A DNA stretch of 64,000 nucleotides from Gemmatimonadota bacterium (GCA_965200165.1 OZ241352.1:2308756-2372755); one strand, 5' to 3'. Shown: positions 1 to 10,683, numbered from the stretch's first letter. Numbers and translations: made by a program. The notes: a model not told the origin generated them from the sequence alone.

Positions 1-546
1 CATCATGTGCTTCCGAAGGACGCGGACCGGTGCGCCATCGCTGTCACGCGTGCGGATCAAGACACGCGCTTGTTGCCGCTGCTGATACGCACTGTGAAAA
101 ACCGACCACAGACCGTATTGGGCCCCGCCCGCCCCCAGCAGTGCCCAGCTCCCCGCCATGACACCCACACCGGCGACCAGCGCTGACCCGGAGATGAGTA
201 GATGTTTCCGGCGCCTCCGACCGAACTGATCCCCGTATCTCCATGCCGCAAACTCGGGGCGCATCGGGTTGCCGATGCGGACTATTGTGAGGCCCTCCTT
301 GAGCTTGGCCAGTCCCACGTTGTCGGAGGACACTCGCGTGCGAGTGGAACGGAACGCTCGTTCCAGGGCCTCAATCGCCTCCCACCGTGTCTCCAGAGGA
401 GAGAGGTTCCAGCGCTCACACCGGCGGCACACGACCCAGAGGCGTCCCTTGGCTTCGTCATAGGCAAGCCGCCGACCAACCGGGAACTCCTCGATGGCCT
501 CGTTCCTCCCAAGGTCCCTATGACAAAAAATACATTTGGTGTACAC
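1..546 (-). CDS. hypothetical protein (first 182 codons; gene runs off the left edge), double CxxC zinc-ribbon-like N-terminus followed by a hydrophobic helix
   Basis: Not in the supplied ORF track because it has no stop inside the window. Manual reverse-strand translation (frame whose last codon is pos 3..1) is stop-free from 546 to 1: V(GTG 546..544)[64 protein letters not shown]...[34 protein letters not shown]...VLRKHMM. Protein-like composition, divergent from the coxS-like gene. Start uncertain (GTG 546 or TTG 585, no clear SD). Confidence 0.45.
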   Translation of the reverse strand, partial: MYTKCIFCHRDLGRNEAIEEFPVGRRLAYDEAKGRLWVVCRRCERWNLSPLETRWEAIEALERAFRSTRTRVSSDNVGLAKLKEGLTIVRIGNPMRPEFAAWRYGDQFGRRRRKHLLISGSALVAGVGVMAGSWALLGAGGAQYGLWSVFHSAYQQRQQARVLIRTRDSDGAPVRVLRKHMM

Positions 547-629
547 TGACGGTTGACCCGTACTCCGATTCGTTCCTAATCTCAAGGGCAGAAAGCAATC
601 TATACGGCGATACCGGAAGGAGAGATTCG

Positions 630-1097
630 ATGAAGCCAGTCTCCATGACCGTAAACGGCAAGGCGTGCGACGGTGTCGTCGAGCCCCGCACGCTCCTGGT
701 CCACTTCCTCCGGGAACACCTGGGACTGACCGGTACCAATGTAGGGTGCGACACATCGTCTTGCGGATCCTGCACCGTCCTGATGGATGGGGAGTCCGTC
801 AAATCCTGCACCGTCCTCGCGCTCCAAGCGGACGGCACGGACGTGACCACGGTGGAGGGACTCGCGACTAACGGCGACTGGCATCCCATCCAAATCGCAT
901 TCCACGAAAACCATGGGCTCCAGTGCGGCTTCTGTACGCCGGGCATGATGCTGGCCGCGGTGAGTCTCTTGGCCGAGAATCCGTCTCCCACCGAAGAGGA
1001 AATCCGCCTTGGATTGGAGGGCAACCTCTGCCGGTGCACGGGATACCATAACATCGTCAAGGCCGTCTCCGCGGCGGCCGAAGCCATGCGCAGCTAA
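630..1097 (+). CDS. [2Fe-2S]-binding small subunit of a xanthine dehydrogenase / aerobic CO dehydrogenase family molybdoenzyme (CoxS-like)
   Basis: ORF 387..1097 with start moved to ATG 630 ([11 protein letters not shown]) behind GGAAGGAGAG. Cluster motifs [12 protein letters not shown] (C-x4-C-x2-C), QCGFCTPGM and CRCTGY. Confidence 0.9.
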   Translation: MKPVSMTVNGKACDGVVEPRTLLVHFLREHLGLTGTNVGCDTSSCGSCTVLMDGESVKSCTVLALQADGTDVTTVEGLATNGDWHPIQIAFHENHGLQCGFCTPGMMLAAVSLLAENPSPTEEEIRLGLEGNLCRCTGYHNIVKAVSAAAEAMRS

Positions 1098-1120
1098 CAA
1101 CCCCGAAGGAGGTACGACGA

Positions 1121-3484
1121 ATGGCAACGGCGGAGAAATATGTCGGTGGGGGGGTTCCACGAAAGGAAGATCCGAAGCTCTTAACGGGGCAGGCGAAGTT
1201 CGTGGAGAGCCTCGAACTTCCGGGATTGTTGCACGTGGCGTTTGTTCGAAGCGAGTTCGGGGCGGCCGAGATCTCGTCGGTAGACCTTTCCGAGGCTCTC
1301 GAATCGCCGGGTGTGGTCACGGCATTCAGCGGTGAGGATCTAGCCGTCGAATGGGCAGCCGGCCTTCCCATGGCATGGCCGGTGACGGAGGACATTCGGA
1401 TACCGGATCACTGGCCGGTGGCCCAGGACAGGGTGCGCTATGTGGGCGACGCGGTTGCAGTGGTTGTCGCCGAGACTCGTGACCAGGCAGTCGATGCGGT
1501 GGAGCTGGTCATGGTGGACTACGAGGAAGGGGAGGCGGTGGTGGACGTCGAGAGCGCACTCGCCGAAGGCGCGCCCCTCGTCCACGAATCCTATGATGAC
1601 AACAAGTGTTACACCTGGAACCTGAGCAACGGAGATGTGGACGCGGCATTCGCGAAAGCGGACGTCGTTGTGAAGGAACGCTTCACGCAGCCACGGCTCA
1701 TTCCCAACGCGATCGAACCACGGGCCGTCGTCGTACAATCGATCCCGTCCGCAGGCGACTACACGGTCTGGAGCACGACCCAAATCCCTCACATCGCCAA
1801 GGTGCTCTTTGCTCTGACCCTGGGGATCCCCGAGGGCCAGATGCGAGTCATCGCCCCGGATGTGGGAGGGGGCTTCGGGTCTAAGCTGAACGTATATGCG
1901 GAGGAGGCGGTTTGTATCGCGCTCGCCCGCCGCTTGGGTCTACCGATGAAGTGGGTGGCGACGCGCAGCGAAGGCTATCTAGCGACCATCCACGGACGGG
2001 ATCAGGTCCAAGACATCGAGATCGCGGCCACCTCCGACGGGAAGATTCTCGGTTATCGGGTCAAGATCGCCGCCAACATGGGTGCCTATCTGCAGCTGGT
2101 AGCTCCCGGGGTCCCACTTCTGGGCGCGTTTCTTTACTGCGGGTGTTACGGCGGGGAAGCCTACGACTTCGAGTGCACCGGAGTGTTCACGAACACCACT
2201 CCGACAGATGCCTATAGAGGGGCGGGGAGGCCCGAGGCAACGTACGCCATCGAAAGGGCGATGGACTCCCTGGCTCGAAAAGTGGGTGTGGATACGCCGG
2301 AGATCCGACGACGGAACTTCCTCCCGGCCGGGGAGATGACTCAGAGCCCCGGTGGACTGGCATTCGACTCGACAGACTATGAGCCCGCGCTGGAAAGGGC
2401 TCTGGAGATGGCGGACTACGGAGATCTCCGGGCGCGTCAGGCGGCACTGCGAGGTGAGGGTGGGTCGAAGCAGTTGGGGGTGGGGCTATCGTCCTACGTT
2501 GAGATCTGTGGACTGGCTCCCTCGCAAGTTCTAGCCTCGCTGCGCTACGGTGCCGGGGGTTGGGATGCAGCGACGGTGCGTCTACTACCAACCGGTAAAG
2601 CGGAGGTGGTGACGGGGAGTTCGCCGCACGGCCAGGGTCATGTGACTTCGTGGTCCCAGATCGCGGCCGACCACTTCGGGATCTCCTACGAAGACGTGAC
2701 GGTTCTCCATAGCGACACGCACGTAGCACCACATGGGATGAACACTTATGGCAGCCGCAGTCTCTCCGTGGCCGGAGTCGCGCTGCACAATGCCTGCGAG
2801 CGTGTGGTGGACAAGGCCCGCAAACTGGCGGCGCATATCCTGGAGGTTGCGCCCGACGATCTGGATTACGAAGGCGGCACCTTCTCAGTGAAGGGAGTCC
2901 CGGACCGGACGCAGACTATGCCCGAGTTGGCCTACGCGGCATGGACGGCCCACAACCTGCCGGAAGATGTGGAACCGGGGATGGAGGCGAGCTGCGTCTA
3001 CGACCCCCCGAATTTCACTTTCCCCTTCGGTACCCACGTCGCAATTGTTGAAGTGGACACCGAAACCGGGGAGGTGGAGCTCCTCCGTTACGTGGCCGTG
3101 GACGACTGTGGCCCTGTCATCAATCCAGTGATCGTCGACGGGCAGGTGCATGGAGGGGTGGCTCAGGGCATCGCAGCGGCCATGTACGAAGCCGCCACCT
3201 ATGCGGAAGATGGGACGCTCACGACGTCCTCGATGATGAACTACCTCGTGCCTTCCGCGGCCGAGTTCCCCTCCTTCGAGACGGATCGGACGGTGACTCC
3301 CAGCACCACCAATCCCATGGGAGTAAAGGGGATAGGAGAAGCTGGGACGATCGGCGCGGCACCCGCCGTAATAAACGCGATCGTAGATGCACTGTCCCAT
3401 CTTGGGGTGACGGACATACCCATGCCGGCGAGCCCCGAAACTGTATGGCGCGCAATAGGGAGCGCAAAGGGGGGTAAAGCATGA
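1121..3484 (+). CDS. molybdopterin-binding large subunit, form-II CoxL-like (xanthine dehydrogenase family), substrate unknown
   Basis: 787 aa. DVGGGFGSK motif. Active-site loop AYRGAGR encoded at 2210..2230 (form-II signature, not the form-I AYRCSFR). Gene order S-L-M. Confidence 0.9.
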   Translation: MATAEKYVGGGVPRKEDPKLLTGQAKFVESLELPGLLHVAFVRSEFGAAEISSVDLSEALESPGVVTAFSGEDLAVEWAAGLPMAWPVTEDIRIPDHWPVAQDRVRYVGDAVAVVVAETRDQAVDAVELVMVDYEEGEAVVDVESALAEGAPLVHESYDDNKCYTWNLSNGDVDAAFAKADVVVKERFTQPRLIPNAIEPRAVVVQSIPSAGDYTVWSTTQIPHIAKVLFALTLGIPEGQMRVIAPDVGGGFGSKLNVYAEEAVCIALARRLGLPMKWVATRSEGYLATIHGRDQVQDIEIAATSDGKILGYRVKIAANMGAYLQLVAPGVPLLGAFLYCGCYGGEAYDFECTGVFTNTTPTDAYRGAGRPEATYAIERAMDSLARKVGVDTPEIRRRNFLPAGEMTQSPGGLAFDSTDYEPALERALEMADYGDLRARQAALRGEGGSKQLGVGLSSYVEICGLAPSQVLASLRYGAGGWDAATVRLLPTGKAEVVTGSSPHGQGHVTSWSQIAADHFGISYEDVTVLHSDTHVAPHGMNTYGSRSLSVAGVALHNACERVVDKARKLAAHILEVAPDDLDYEGGTFSVKGVPDRTQTMPELAYAAWTAHNLPEDVEPGMEASCVYDPPNFTFPFGTHVAIVEVDTETGEVELLRYVAVDDCGPVINPVIVDGQVHGGVAQGIAAAMYEAATYAEDGTLTTSSMMNYLVPSAAEFPSFETDRTVTPSTTNPMGVKGIGEAGTIGAAPAVINAIVDALSHLGVTDIPMPASPETVWRAIGSAKGGKA

Positions 3485-4335
3485 TTCCGGCATCATTCGA
3501 ATACGAGAAGGCGACATCCCTGGACCACGCACTCCGTCTTTTGCTTGATGGTGGGTGGGGCGCAATGCCGATCGCTGGTGGACACTCGCTCCTCCCCATG
3601 ATGAGGCTGCGTCTGGCGCGACCGGATCTCCTTGTGGACATCGGGGGCTTGGGAGAGCTCCGTGGAGTGGAGGAGTCCGACGAAGGGCTTACTATCGGTG
3701 CCCTGACAACGCATCATGCGCTTGCGGAATCCGATTTGGTGACCGAGGCATGCCCCTTAGTTGCGTGTGTGGCTGCCGAGATCGGGGACCCGCAGGTGCG
3801 ACACCGTGGGACCATTGGTGGGTCGGTCGCCCACGCGGATCCCGCTTCCGACTTCCCATCGACGCTTCTCGCGCTCGATGCGACCATGATCCTGACAGGC
3901 TCGGATGGGGAACGCGCCGTGCCGGCGAAAGATTTCTTTATCGGCCCATTCGAATCCGACAAGCAGCAGGGCGAACTCCTAACGGCGATACGTGTCCCGA
4001 AGCGCGTTGGGTGGGGCTGTGCCTACGAAAAGTTCCAGCGCCGGGCCCAGGATTGGGCGATCGTCGGTGTCGCGGCAGTAGTCAAGACAGATGATGGCGC
4101 CGTGTCGGAAGCCGGGATCGGTCTCACCAACTTCTCCGCCGTACCGGTGAGGGCAACTGTCGTGGAAGAAGCACTTGTTGGAGCCCAGGATTCGGCCGCC
4201 GTTGCCGCTGCTGCGGCGTTGGTCAGTGAGGCCGGCCCCGCCATGGAGGACGAGAACGCCAGCTCAGAGTATCGGATGCATCTGACTGAAGTTCTGATCC
4301 GCCGGGCCGTCGTCACGGCGATGGGCGGTGACTAA
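3481..4335 (+). CDS. FAD-binding medium subunit (CoxM-like)
   Basis: ATG 3481 overlaps the stop of the large subunit (ATGA). Motifs AGGHSLLPMMRLRLARP and GTIGGSVAHADPASD are typical of the CO dehydrogenase flavoprotein domain. Confidence 0.9.
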   Translation: MIPASFEYEKATSLDHALRLLLDGGWGAMPIAGGHSLLPMMRLRLARPDLLVDIGGLGELRGVEESDEGLTIGALTTHHALAESDLVTEACPLVACVAAEIGDPQVRHRGTIGGSVAHADPASDFPSTLLALDATMILTGSDGERAVPAKDFFIGPFESDKQQGELLTAIRVPKRVGWGCAYEKFQRRAQDWAIVGVAAVVKTDDGAVSEAGIGLTNFSAVPVRATVVEEALVGAQDSAAVAAAAALVSEAGPAMEDENASSEYRMHLTEVLIRRAVVTAMGGD

Positions 4336-7300
4336 GGCATCCGCCAAGTCAGTCCAGCCTTGATACGCCGCCCCTTGGGATCATGGGTAAAGCCGTCGTA
4401 GGAAAGCTCCCAGTTCACTAACGGGGGCGGTGTGTCGAACACGTTTGCCGCCGTCATGAAGGCCTCCAGATTGTTCGGAAGACGGGCGATGACCGTTGCG
4501 TCGATCGTCCCCATGGACGGGATGACTCGATAGTCGGGGTCCGCAGATTCGGGGTCGTCGTACGACGAGATGTAGTTGTAATGCCCGACGACTGAAAGGC
4601 GCTCCGTGTGGTAGCCCACAGAAGCCGTCCACTTCGACGTTGGCAGTGGCCATGCGAGCGTGTGATCCCGATTCAGCTTTCCGGCGCCCTCACGAGCCTC
4701 CACCAGCTCGACTCCTCCAATCTCGAGGGCTTCGACGTTATAGCTATTAGTGTACGTTCCGTTAAGCCCAAAGGCGAGTGACGAACCACCTGCCAACGGC
4801 AGACTCGAAGAGACACTCCAGTCCAAACCGGATGTCAGCATCCCGGGCCAATTGACCACGCGGTTTTGCATCCTCTCAATGAGTCGTGCCTCACACGTTC
4901 CCGTCCCCCAACCGTCGGGACAGCGGACGAACTCCTGCACGGCCCTTCGGGATGCGCCGCCCTCGTGATAGAGCCGAGTGATCGCCGCGTGGGGGATGAG
5001 CTCTATCAGGTCGCGGAAGTCATAACGCCACGCATCCACGGTGAGGTTGGTGCGGGTAGGGAAGTGGTACAGGACGAGGCCGACGTTCCGGGTGATCGCC
5101 CTTTCAGGGAGGAGATCACGGCTCCCGTAGGAATCGACCGCCTTGTAAACGTCCCCTTCCTGCACGTACTGCAGCGACGTCACCTTGTCTGTGTTGACGT
5201 CATCCACCGAGGGGACCCGGAACGAGGATTGGAAGGATGCCCGCAACGCCAGTTGGTAGTTGTCGGATTCAGAGACCCGAATGCGGGCGGCCACCTTAGG
5301 GTCGAAGCTGCTCGCCACATCGTGCGCTTCGTAGTTGGCAGCAAGCTGGATATCTAGCCATTCCCCGACATCTATCGGTATCTCCGAATAAAGCCGGTGG
5401 ACTGTCTGCGAAGCAGTGTACGGGAAAAAGCCCGTCGTAAACGTGTAGGCACCGGCTTGTTCGAGGCACGTTCGATCCCCCGGCACGGGGCAGGGGTTAA
5501 GCGTGAGGTCGCCCTGGTCGTTCGGATCTCCCGTTACGGCGATATGGCGCGCTTGGTAACCCAACGCGTAGCCGAGTCCAGACGCGATCTGGCCGCTCAG
5601 CGTGGCTTCTCCCGTCAGGAGTTCGGTTGTACTGGAAAGATCGACTTCCTCGTTGATCCAATCGATCAATTCGTTGGAGTTGGCTACGCCGGCGTCGAAC
5701 CAGGGGTTGTCTCGATCCGTATAGAGTGTGCCAGGTTGCTGGGCGCGCTGGATGGAGTTGCTGAAGGGATTGTAGTACATGCAGGATCCCACTCCCGGAC
5801 GAGCGTTCCCCGTGGGTCCCAACCTCATCCCGGCGGCGACTCCGGGGTCACGCAGGACACCGACTCCACAGTCGGGCCCCCCGAACCCTCGGTACGCCAA
5901 GAACTTCCGATATGCGTACTCGGCAGGCTGGTTCACATTCCCGGCAGCTCTGGAATAGCCGACCGCAACATCGAGTCTGTTCAGTCCACCGACCCCGTTG
6001 AAGTCGTGCTCTAGAGAGGCGGCGAGGCGCTGCGTCTGCGACTCTCGCCTCAACTCCCGGCCGGGACCCTTGTTCCCGACCATGCGACCGAAGAAGAACC
6101 AATCATCCTCGAGGCAATCCGCCTCTGACACGAACCCCGTTTCGGTTGCTCTCGTGGCGCAAAACGCCTGGCGCCCGGGGTTTTCAGGAAGAACCACCTG
6201 GAGCCCGTCGTAGAGTGCGATGGGGGGAAACGAAGGGGTGGTAAGCCATCCCGGTGTGACGGCATGTGCCCAGAGCCCCTCAACGTGGAGGTGGGTGTCG
6301 TCACCCAGTCCCTTGTTGAACTCGGCAAAGCCCCGCACGTGCGACTGTCGTTCTACAATGTTGTCCCAGGCAGCGTAACGGAACCGGCACGTTACTCCCG
6401 ATGGATGTCCCCCGAAGGCACCGCAATCCGGGTCCAGGAAGTGGGAAGCGGTTTCGCCGTAATGACTCTCGATCAAGGCGTCGGTGAACTCGCGCGGCGT
6501 CTCGTCACCCCTGAGAGTGGGCATCAGGAACGCCCCTGGATTCCCGTAGTAGGACCACCCTCCTCCTCCGGGCCCCGGGTAGTCGCGCAACCCCCAGTCT
6601 CGCTCCCGTATAGACAGCGCCTCGCGGCGCGCCCATTCGGCGGACACCACCAGATGCCCGTCATCACCCACCGAAGAGCCCCAGATCGCTCCGGCGTTGG
6701 AATCCCCTCCGCCACTGAAATAATCGTGCGCGGCCGTCACCTCAAACCCTTCGAAGTCGCTTCTGGTGACGTAGTTCACGACCCCTGCCACCGCGTCCGA
6801 GCCGTAAATGGCGGACGCCCCCTCCTTGAGGACATCAATGCGCTCGATCGAAATGGTGGGAAATGCGTTGACATCCACCGGTCGCCCCCCGATGAGGCGC
6901 GCCGGAGCATACACTTGACGCCTGCCGTTGAGGAGGACCAGTGTACGCGACGCTCCGAGTCCGCGGAGATTGACCGTAGCGACTGATTCCGGGATGAGGG
7001 ATCCGCTGCGGTTAAACCAGCTGTTGCGCTCTCCGACCGATCCCTGAACGACGCTCAGGCGTTTGAAGAAATCGACTGGGAGCGGTAACCCCTGCTCTTG
7101 GAGTTCCTCTCGACTCGCAACCTCGACGGCGTATGGGAGGCCGATCGAGGGTTGTTCGAAGTGTGTACCCGTGGCTACGACGCGCAGCTCCTCCAGGGCG
7201 ACGGTGCGTAGGGCCTCCAGCACAAGTGAGAGGGAGGTGGCTTGTCCCGCGGTGACCGTCACGCCACCCTCGGTGAATGGTGCAAACCCGATGGCGCTTA

Positions 7301-7583
7301 TTCGGATCTCGTACGTTCCGACGGGTAGTCCGTCGAACCGGAAGGTCCCGTCCGACCCTGTTGTGGTCTGGCGACCCTCCGTGAGGGCAGGTCCAGATAA
7401 CACCACGCCCGCGGCGGGTACTCTGAGCCCTTTCTCCTCCGAAACTGTCCCCCTGATGCCTCCCTGCTGAGCCTGCAGGAGGGCAGGTGCGAGAAAGCCG
7501 AGAACGAAAACCGCGGAGGAACTGATGATCGCAGGGTGGTGCCGGTGCCGTACCCTTTGAATCCTCACTCTACAATCCTCCAT
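4332..7583 (-). CDS. TonB-dependent receptor with N-terminal carboxypeptidase-regulatory-like domain
   Basis: ORF 4332..7673 with start moved to ATG 7583 (MEDCRVRIQRVRH..AVFVLGFLAPALLQAQQ signal) to avoid overlap with the adh start. GIRGTVSEE..GTYEIRISAIGF (CarboxypepD_reg). Plug motifs TLVLLNGRR and ERIDVLKEGASAIYGSDAVAGVVNYVTR. Long beta-barrel region. Confidence 0.85.
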   Translation of the reverse strand: MEDCRVRIQRVRHRHHPAIISSSAVFVLGFLAPALLQAQQGGIRGTVSEEKGLRVPAAGVVLSGPALTEGRQTTTGSDGTFRFDGLPVGTYEIRISAIGFAPFTEGGVTVTAGQATSLSLVLEALRTVALEELRVVATGTHFEQPSIGLPYAVEVASREELQEQGLPLPVDFFKRLSVVQGSVGERNSWFNRSGSLIPESVATVNLRGLGASRTLVLLNGRRQVYAPARLIGGRPVDVNAFPTISIERIDVLKEGASAIYGSDAVAGVVNYVTRSDFEGFEVTAAHDYFSGGGDSNAGAIWGSSVGDDGHLVVSAEWARREALSIRERDWGLRDYPGPGGGGWSYYGNPGAFLMPTLRGDETPREFTDALIESHYGETASHFLDPDCGAFGGHPSGVTCRFRYAAWDNIVERQSHVRGFAEFNKGLGDDTHLHVEGLWAHAVTPGWLTTPSFPPIALYDGLQVVLPENPGRQAFCATRATETGFVSEADCLEDDWFFFGRMVGNKGPGRELRRESQTQRLAASLEHDFNGVGGLNRLDVAVGYSRAAGNVNQPAEYAYRKFLAYRGFGGPDCGVGVLRDPGVAAGMRLGPTGNARPGVGSCMYYNPFSNSIQRAQQPGTLYTDRDNPWFDAGVANSNELIDWINEEVDLSSTTELLTGEATLSGQIASGLGYALGYQARHIAVTGDPNDQGDLTLNPCPVPGDRTCLEQAGAYTFTTGFFPYTASQTVHRLYSEIPIDVGEWLDIQLAANYEAHDVASSFDPKVAARIRVSESDNYQLALRASFQSSFRVPSVDDVNTDKVTSLQYVQEGDVYKAVDSYGSRDLLPERAITRNVGLVLYHFPTRTNLTVDAWRYDFRDLIELIPHAAITRLYHEGGASRRAVQEFVRCPDGWGTGTCEARLIERMQNRVVNWPGMLTSGLDWSVSSSLPLAGGSSLAFGLNGTYTNSYNVEALEIGGVELVEAREGAGKLNRDHTLAWPLPTSKWTASVGYHTERLSVVGHYNYISSYDDPESADPDYRVIPSMGTIDATVIARLPNNLEAFMTAANVFDTPPPLVNWELSYDGFTHDPKGRRIKAGLTWRMP

Positions 7584-7660
7584 GTGGCTGGGTAAGTCCC
7601 ATCCGGGACAACGCGTTGAGCTTCCATTAGTCTCTATACAGGTCGAAAAGAGGGCAAATC

Positions 7661-8710
7661 GTGAAAGCTGCAATCTATCGTCGTTACCAGGGCCCGCTTG
7701 CGATTGAGGAGTTTCCCGATCCTGAACCCAACCGCGACGGCGTCGTGGTCCGTGTGGAGGCCAACGGTATTTGCCGGAGCGATTGGCACGGGTGGATGGG
7801 TCACGATCCCGACATCACCCTTCCCCACGTACCAGGCCATGAGATTGCGGGCGTCGTGGAAGAGGTGGGTGCCGATGTAACACGCTGGCGGAGCGGTGAT
7901 CGTGTGTCTGTGCCGTTCATCGCCGGGTGCGGTCGGTGCATGTTGTGTCGGGCGGGAGAGCAGCAGGTGTGTGAACATCAATTCCAGCCGGGTTTCCACG
8001 GGTGGGGAGGGTTTGCGGAGCGCGTGGCACTGCGGCACGCTGACCTGACGCTCGCCGCGCTTCCGGAGGAAATCGATTTTGTTACGGCTGCCAGCCTCGG
8101 ATGTCGTTTCGCGACTTCATTCCGTGCGGTGCAAGCTCAGGGCAAGGTAACTGCCGGGGACTGGGTCGCCATTCATGGGTGTGGAGGCGTTGGTCTGGCG
8201 GCCGTGAACATTGCCCGGGCTTTGGGGGCGCAAGTGGTCGCCATCGACATTCGGGAGGAAGCTCTGGACATGGCCTGCGACCTGGGTGCCGTCGCGACTG
8301 TCAATGCAGCGACGTCACCAGACGTGGTGACCGAGATTCAGGATCTTACCGGCGGTGGGGCACACGTTTCGCTCGATGCGTTGGGGCATCCCGACACGTG
8401 CTTCAACTCCGTGGCCTGCTTGAGGCGACGGGGAAAGCATGTGCAGGTAGGGTTGATGACCGGGGATCACAGCCACCCACGTGTACCAATGGATCGGGTG
8501 ATCGGGTGGGAGCTTGAGATAGTCGGGAGTCACGGATTGCAGGCATGGGAATACGAACGCATGCTGCGGTTTGTAACCTCGGGGGCAGTGGATCCGACCC
8601 GCTTGATCACCGATAGGGTGACCTTGGAGGAGGGAACCCGAATCTTGATGGCGATGGGCGACTACGAAGTGCTCGGAGTCGTGGTGATTGAGCCGGTCCG
8701 CGTCACATAG
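7661..8710 (+). CDS. zinc-dependent alcohol dehydrogenase family (MDR) oxidoreductase
   Basis: GTG start. [13 protein letters not shown] and [12 protein letters not shown] catalytic-zinc motifs, structural-zinc Cys cluster [16 protein letters not shown], Rossmann motif [11 protein letters not shown]. Confidence 0.9.
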   Translation: MKAAIYRRYQGPLAIEEFPDPEPNRDGVVVRVEANGICRSDWHGWMGHDPDITLPHVPGHEIAGVVEEVGADVTRWRSGDRVSVPFIAGCGRCMLCRAGEQQVCEHQFQPGFHGWGGFAERVALRHADLTLAALPEEIDFVTAASLGCRFATSFRAVQAQGKVTAGDWVAIHGCGGVGLAAVNIARALGAQVVAIDIREEALDMACDLGAVATVNAATSPDVVTEIQDLTGGGAHVSLDALGHPDTCFNSVACLRRRGKHVQVGLMTGDHSHPRVPMDRVIGWELEIVGSHGLQAWEYERMLRFVTSGAVDPTRLITDRVTLEEGTRILMAMGDYEVLGVVVIEPVRVT

Positions 8711-8767
8711 GCGAAACCTCCCTGGCGCGCCAGATCGAACTCACGGGCGACGCATTGCGAGTGCTGG

Positions 8768-10519
8768 TCACTGGAATGGCACCATCCGTGGCTCTACTGC
8801 CGCACCCTCCCAATCTGGATCGGCGGCCCCGATCCAAATGCCGTTCTCCGAATCGTACTGAATCCCGTGTATTCGACCAAAGGCACCGAAGCGAGGTGTC
8901 ACCTGTAGCTCGAACCCCAGGTCCCCGAACTGGTCCACCGACGCTGCGTTCCACCCGTCTCCCGGAGTGGTTTCCAGTGCCAGGTTGGACAGACCATCCG
9001 CTCCCACGTTGGGATGCACCCGCGGAGCGGCCAGCGCCTGGGGGAGTTCCAGCCCATCGTCTACAACTCGCGTCACTGCCTGAACGACCGCCGAGATAAT
9101 GCGGATGCCGCCTGCCGCTCCCAATACGAGGAAGGGTTCCCCCTCCCGCATGACCAACAACGGGGCGATGCCCGAGCGCGCGCGTTCCCCAGGTTCACTG
9201 ATCCCGAGGTAACCGCCCAAGGTGACCGCGTACAAGAAACCGAGCCCCGGCGTGGCGACCTTGGCCCCCATGGATGGCCCTATGGTCTGCGTAAGAGCCA
9301 CGACCATACCCTCGGAGTCGGCAGTCGAGAGGTGGGTGGTGTGTCCATCATTGAGGCCGAAATCGGTCCCCTCACCCACGAGTGCGCCCAATGGCCCCGC
9401 GCCCGTCAACGCCTCCACATCTCGCTCGGAGCCCGATACACCGGCCGCAGATGGCAGTCGCACCCGCGCCGCGAGCTCTTTGGCAAACGCTTTGGACGTG
9501 ACGCGCACGGCAGACGAATCCGACGCCGGACGGCGATACTCGCTCATGGCCAGACCGATCGCCTGTCCAACTGCGGATCCCCATTCTTCCTTCGTGTACT
9601 CTCCCCGATCAAAGTTCTCGAGGATCTGTAGAGCCAGGATCACGATCGCCCCTGAGGCAGGAATGTCGGAACCGACGAGCTCGAATCCTCGGTAAGATCC
9701 TCGCACAATTCGGGAATCCTCTGCGCGGTAGGCGGCGAGAGCCTCCGGTGTCAAGAAGCCACCGTTCGCGGCCATGTCGGCCGCGATCTTGCTCGCGATT
9801 GATCCCTCGTAAAAGGCTTCTCTGCCTCCCAGCGATATTTCACGGAGAGTGCGGGCCAAATCCGGCTGCACCACTCTCTCGCCGGGTCCAAATGGGGACC
9901 CGTCGGGTTTGAGGAAGTAGCGGCTGGCTGCGGCGGAGGAGGCAATCTCTGTCCGTGAACCCGCCTGTCGCCGAGCTTCTCCCGGGAGGAGACGATAGCC
10001 GTGTTCCGCGTAGTCGATGGCGGGTTGCATAACGGTGGTGAGAGGAAGCGAACCGTATTCCCGGTGAAGCCGCATGAGTCCGGCAATGACGCCGGGCACA
10101 CCGACAGTAGCATGTCCGAACGAAGCCTGAGGTGCGGTCTCCGGATCGTATCCAAGGGGGACCGATGTTGTCCCGTCGATACCGAACACATCGCCGTTTG
10201 GAGTTCGAATCAGGATCTGGTTCCGTCCACCGATAGAGTTCATGCTGGGTTCCACAACGGAAACTGCAAACGCTGCGGCTACGGCTGCGTCCGCCGCATT
10301 CCCGCCCAGTTCGAGCATCCTCGCACCGGCCGTTGCCGCCAACGGTTGTGCCGCCACCACGGCACCATTGGGTGAACGGCTTATCTGTCCGGCCCCTTGC
10401 GCCCACAGATGTGTGGCTGAACCGAGTGCGGTGAGCGTGCTGCCCAAGGTCAAGGCTCCCAACCGAAGCCCACGCCCTAACTTCCCAAATCCAGACGTGT
10501 CTCGAAGACTCCGCGTCAT
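8768..10519 (-). CDS. ggt: gamma-glutamyltransferase
   Basis: ORF 8768..10564 with start moved to ATG 10519 (MTRSLRD.., GGAGAG SD upstream, signal peptide). Autoprocessing/nucleophile region GHTTHLSTADSEGMVVALTQTIG. C-terminal GAADPDWEG. Confidence 0.9.
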   Translation of the reverse strand: MTRSLRDTSGFGKLGRGLRLGALTLGSTLTALGSATHLWAQGAGQISRSPNGAVVAAQPLAATAGARMLELGGNAADAAVAAAFAVSVVEPSMNSIGGRNQILIRTPNGDVFGIDGTTSVPLGYDPETAPQASFGHATVGVPGVIAGLMRLHREYGSLPLTTVMQPAIDYAEHGYRLLPGEARRQAGSRTEIASSAAASRYFLKPDGSPFGPGERVVQPDLARTLREISLGGREAFYEGSIASKIAADMAANGGFLTPEALAAYRAEDSRIVRGSYRGFELVGSDIPASGAIVILALQILENFDRGEYTKEEWGSAVGQAIGLAMSEYRRPASDSSAVRVTSKAFAKELAARVRLPSAAGVSGSERDVEALTGAGPLGALVGEGTDFGLNDGHTTHLSTADSEGMVVALTQTIGPSMGAKVATPGLGFLYAVTLGGYLGISEPGERARSGIAPLLVMREGEPFLVLGAAGGIRIISAVVQAVTRVVDDGLELPQALAAPRVHPNVGADGLSNLALETTPGDGWNAASVDQFGDLGFELQVTPRFGAFGRIHGIQYDSENGIWIGAADPDWEGAAVEPRMVPFQ

Positions 10520-10683
10520 GTTTCTCTCCTGTTTCTGTCTAAGGTGTTCGCGTCGTCGCAACACTCACATTGTTTTCCGGCCAGCCCGTTTGAGGGTTGC
10601 CTCAAATCCCCTTCTAAGGGCAATCTTCCCTCGTGGCACAGCTATCCAACCCCACCGAACGGAGTGCTTGGAGGTTGACAAAT

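Noticed and set aside
44-549. Listed ORFs 44..244 (-), 57..251 (-), 202..549 (+) and 282..512 (-) at the left edge
   Set aside because: They are out of frame relative to the stop-free, protein-like reverse frame that runs off the window edge (feature 1..546).
1121-3484. Aerobic carbon monoxide dehydrogenase large subunit
   Set aside because: The active-site loop is AYRGAGR (form II), not AYxCSFR, and the gene order is SLM, not MSL. CO oxidation cannot be claimed.
8711-8767. Palindrome CTGGCGCGCCAG between the convergent adh and ggt genes as a bidirectional terminator
   Set aside because: The palindrome is only 12 nt with no loop or U-tract. This is too weak to call.
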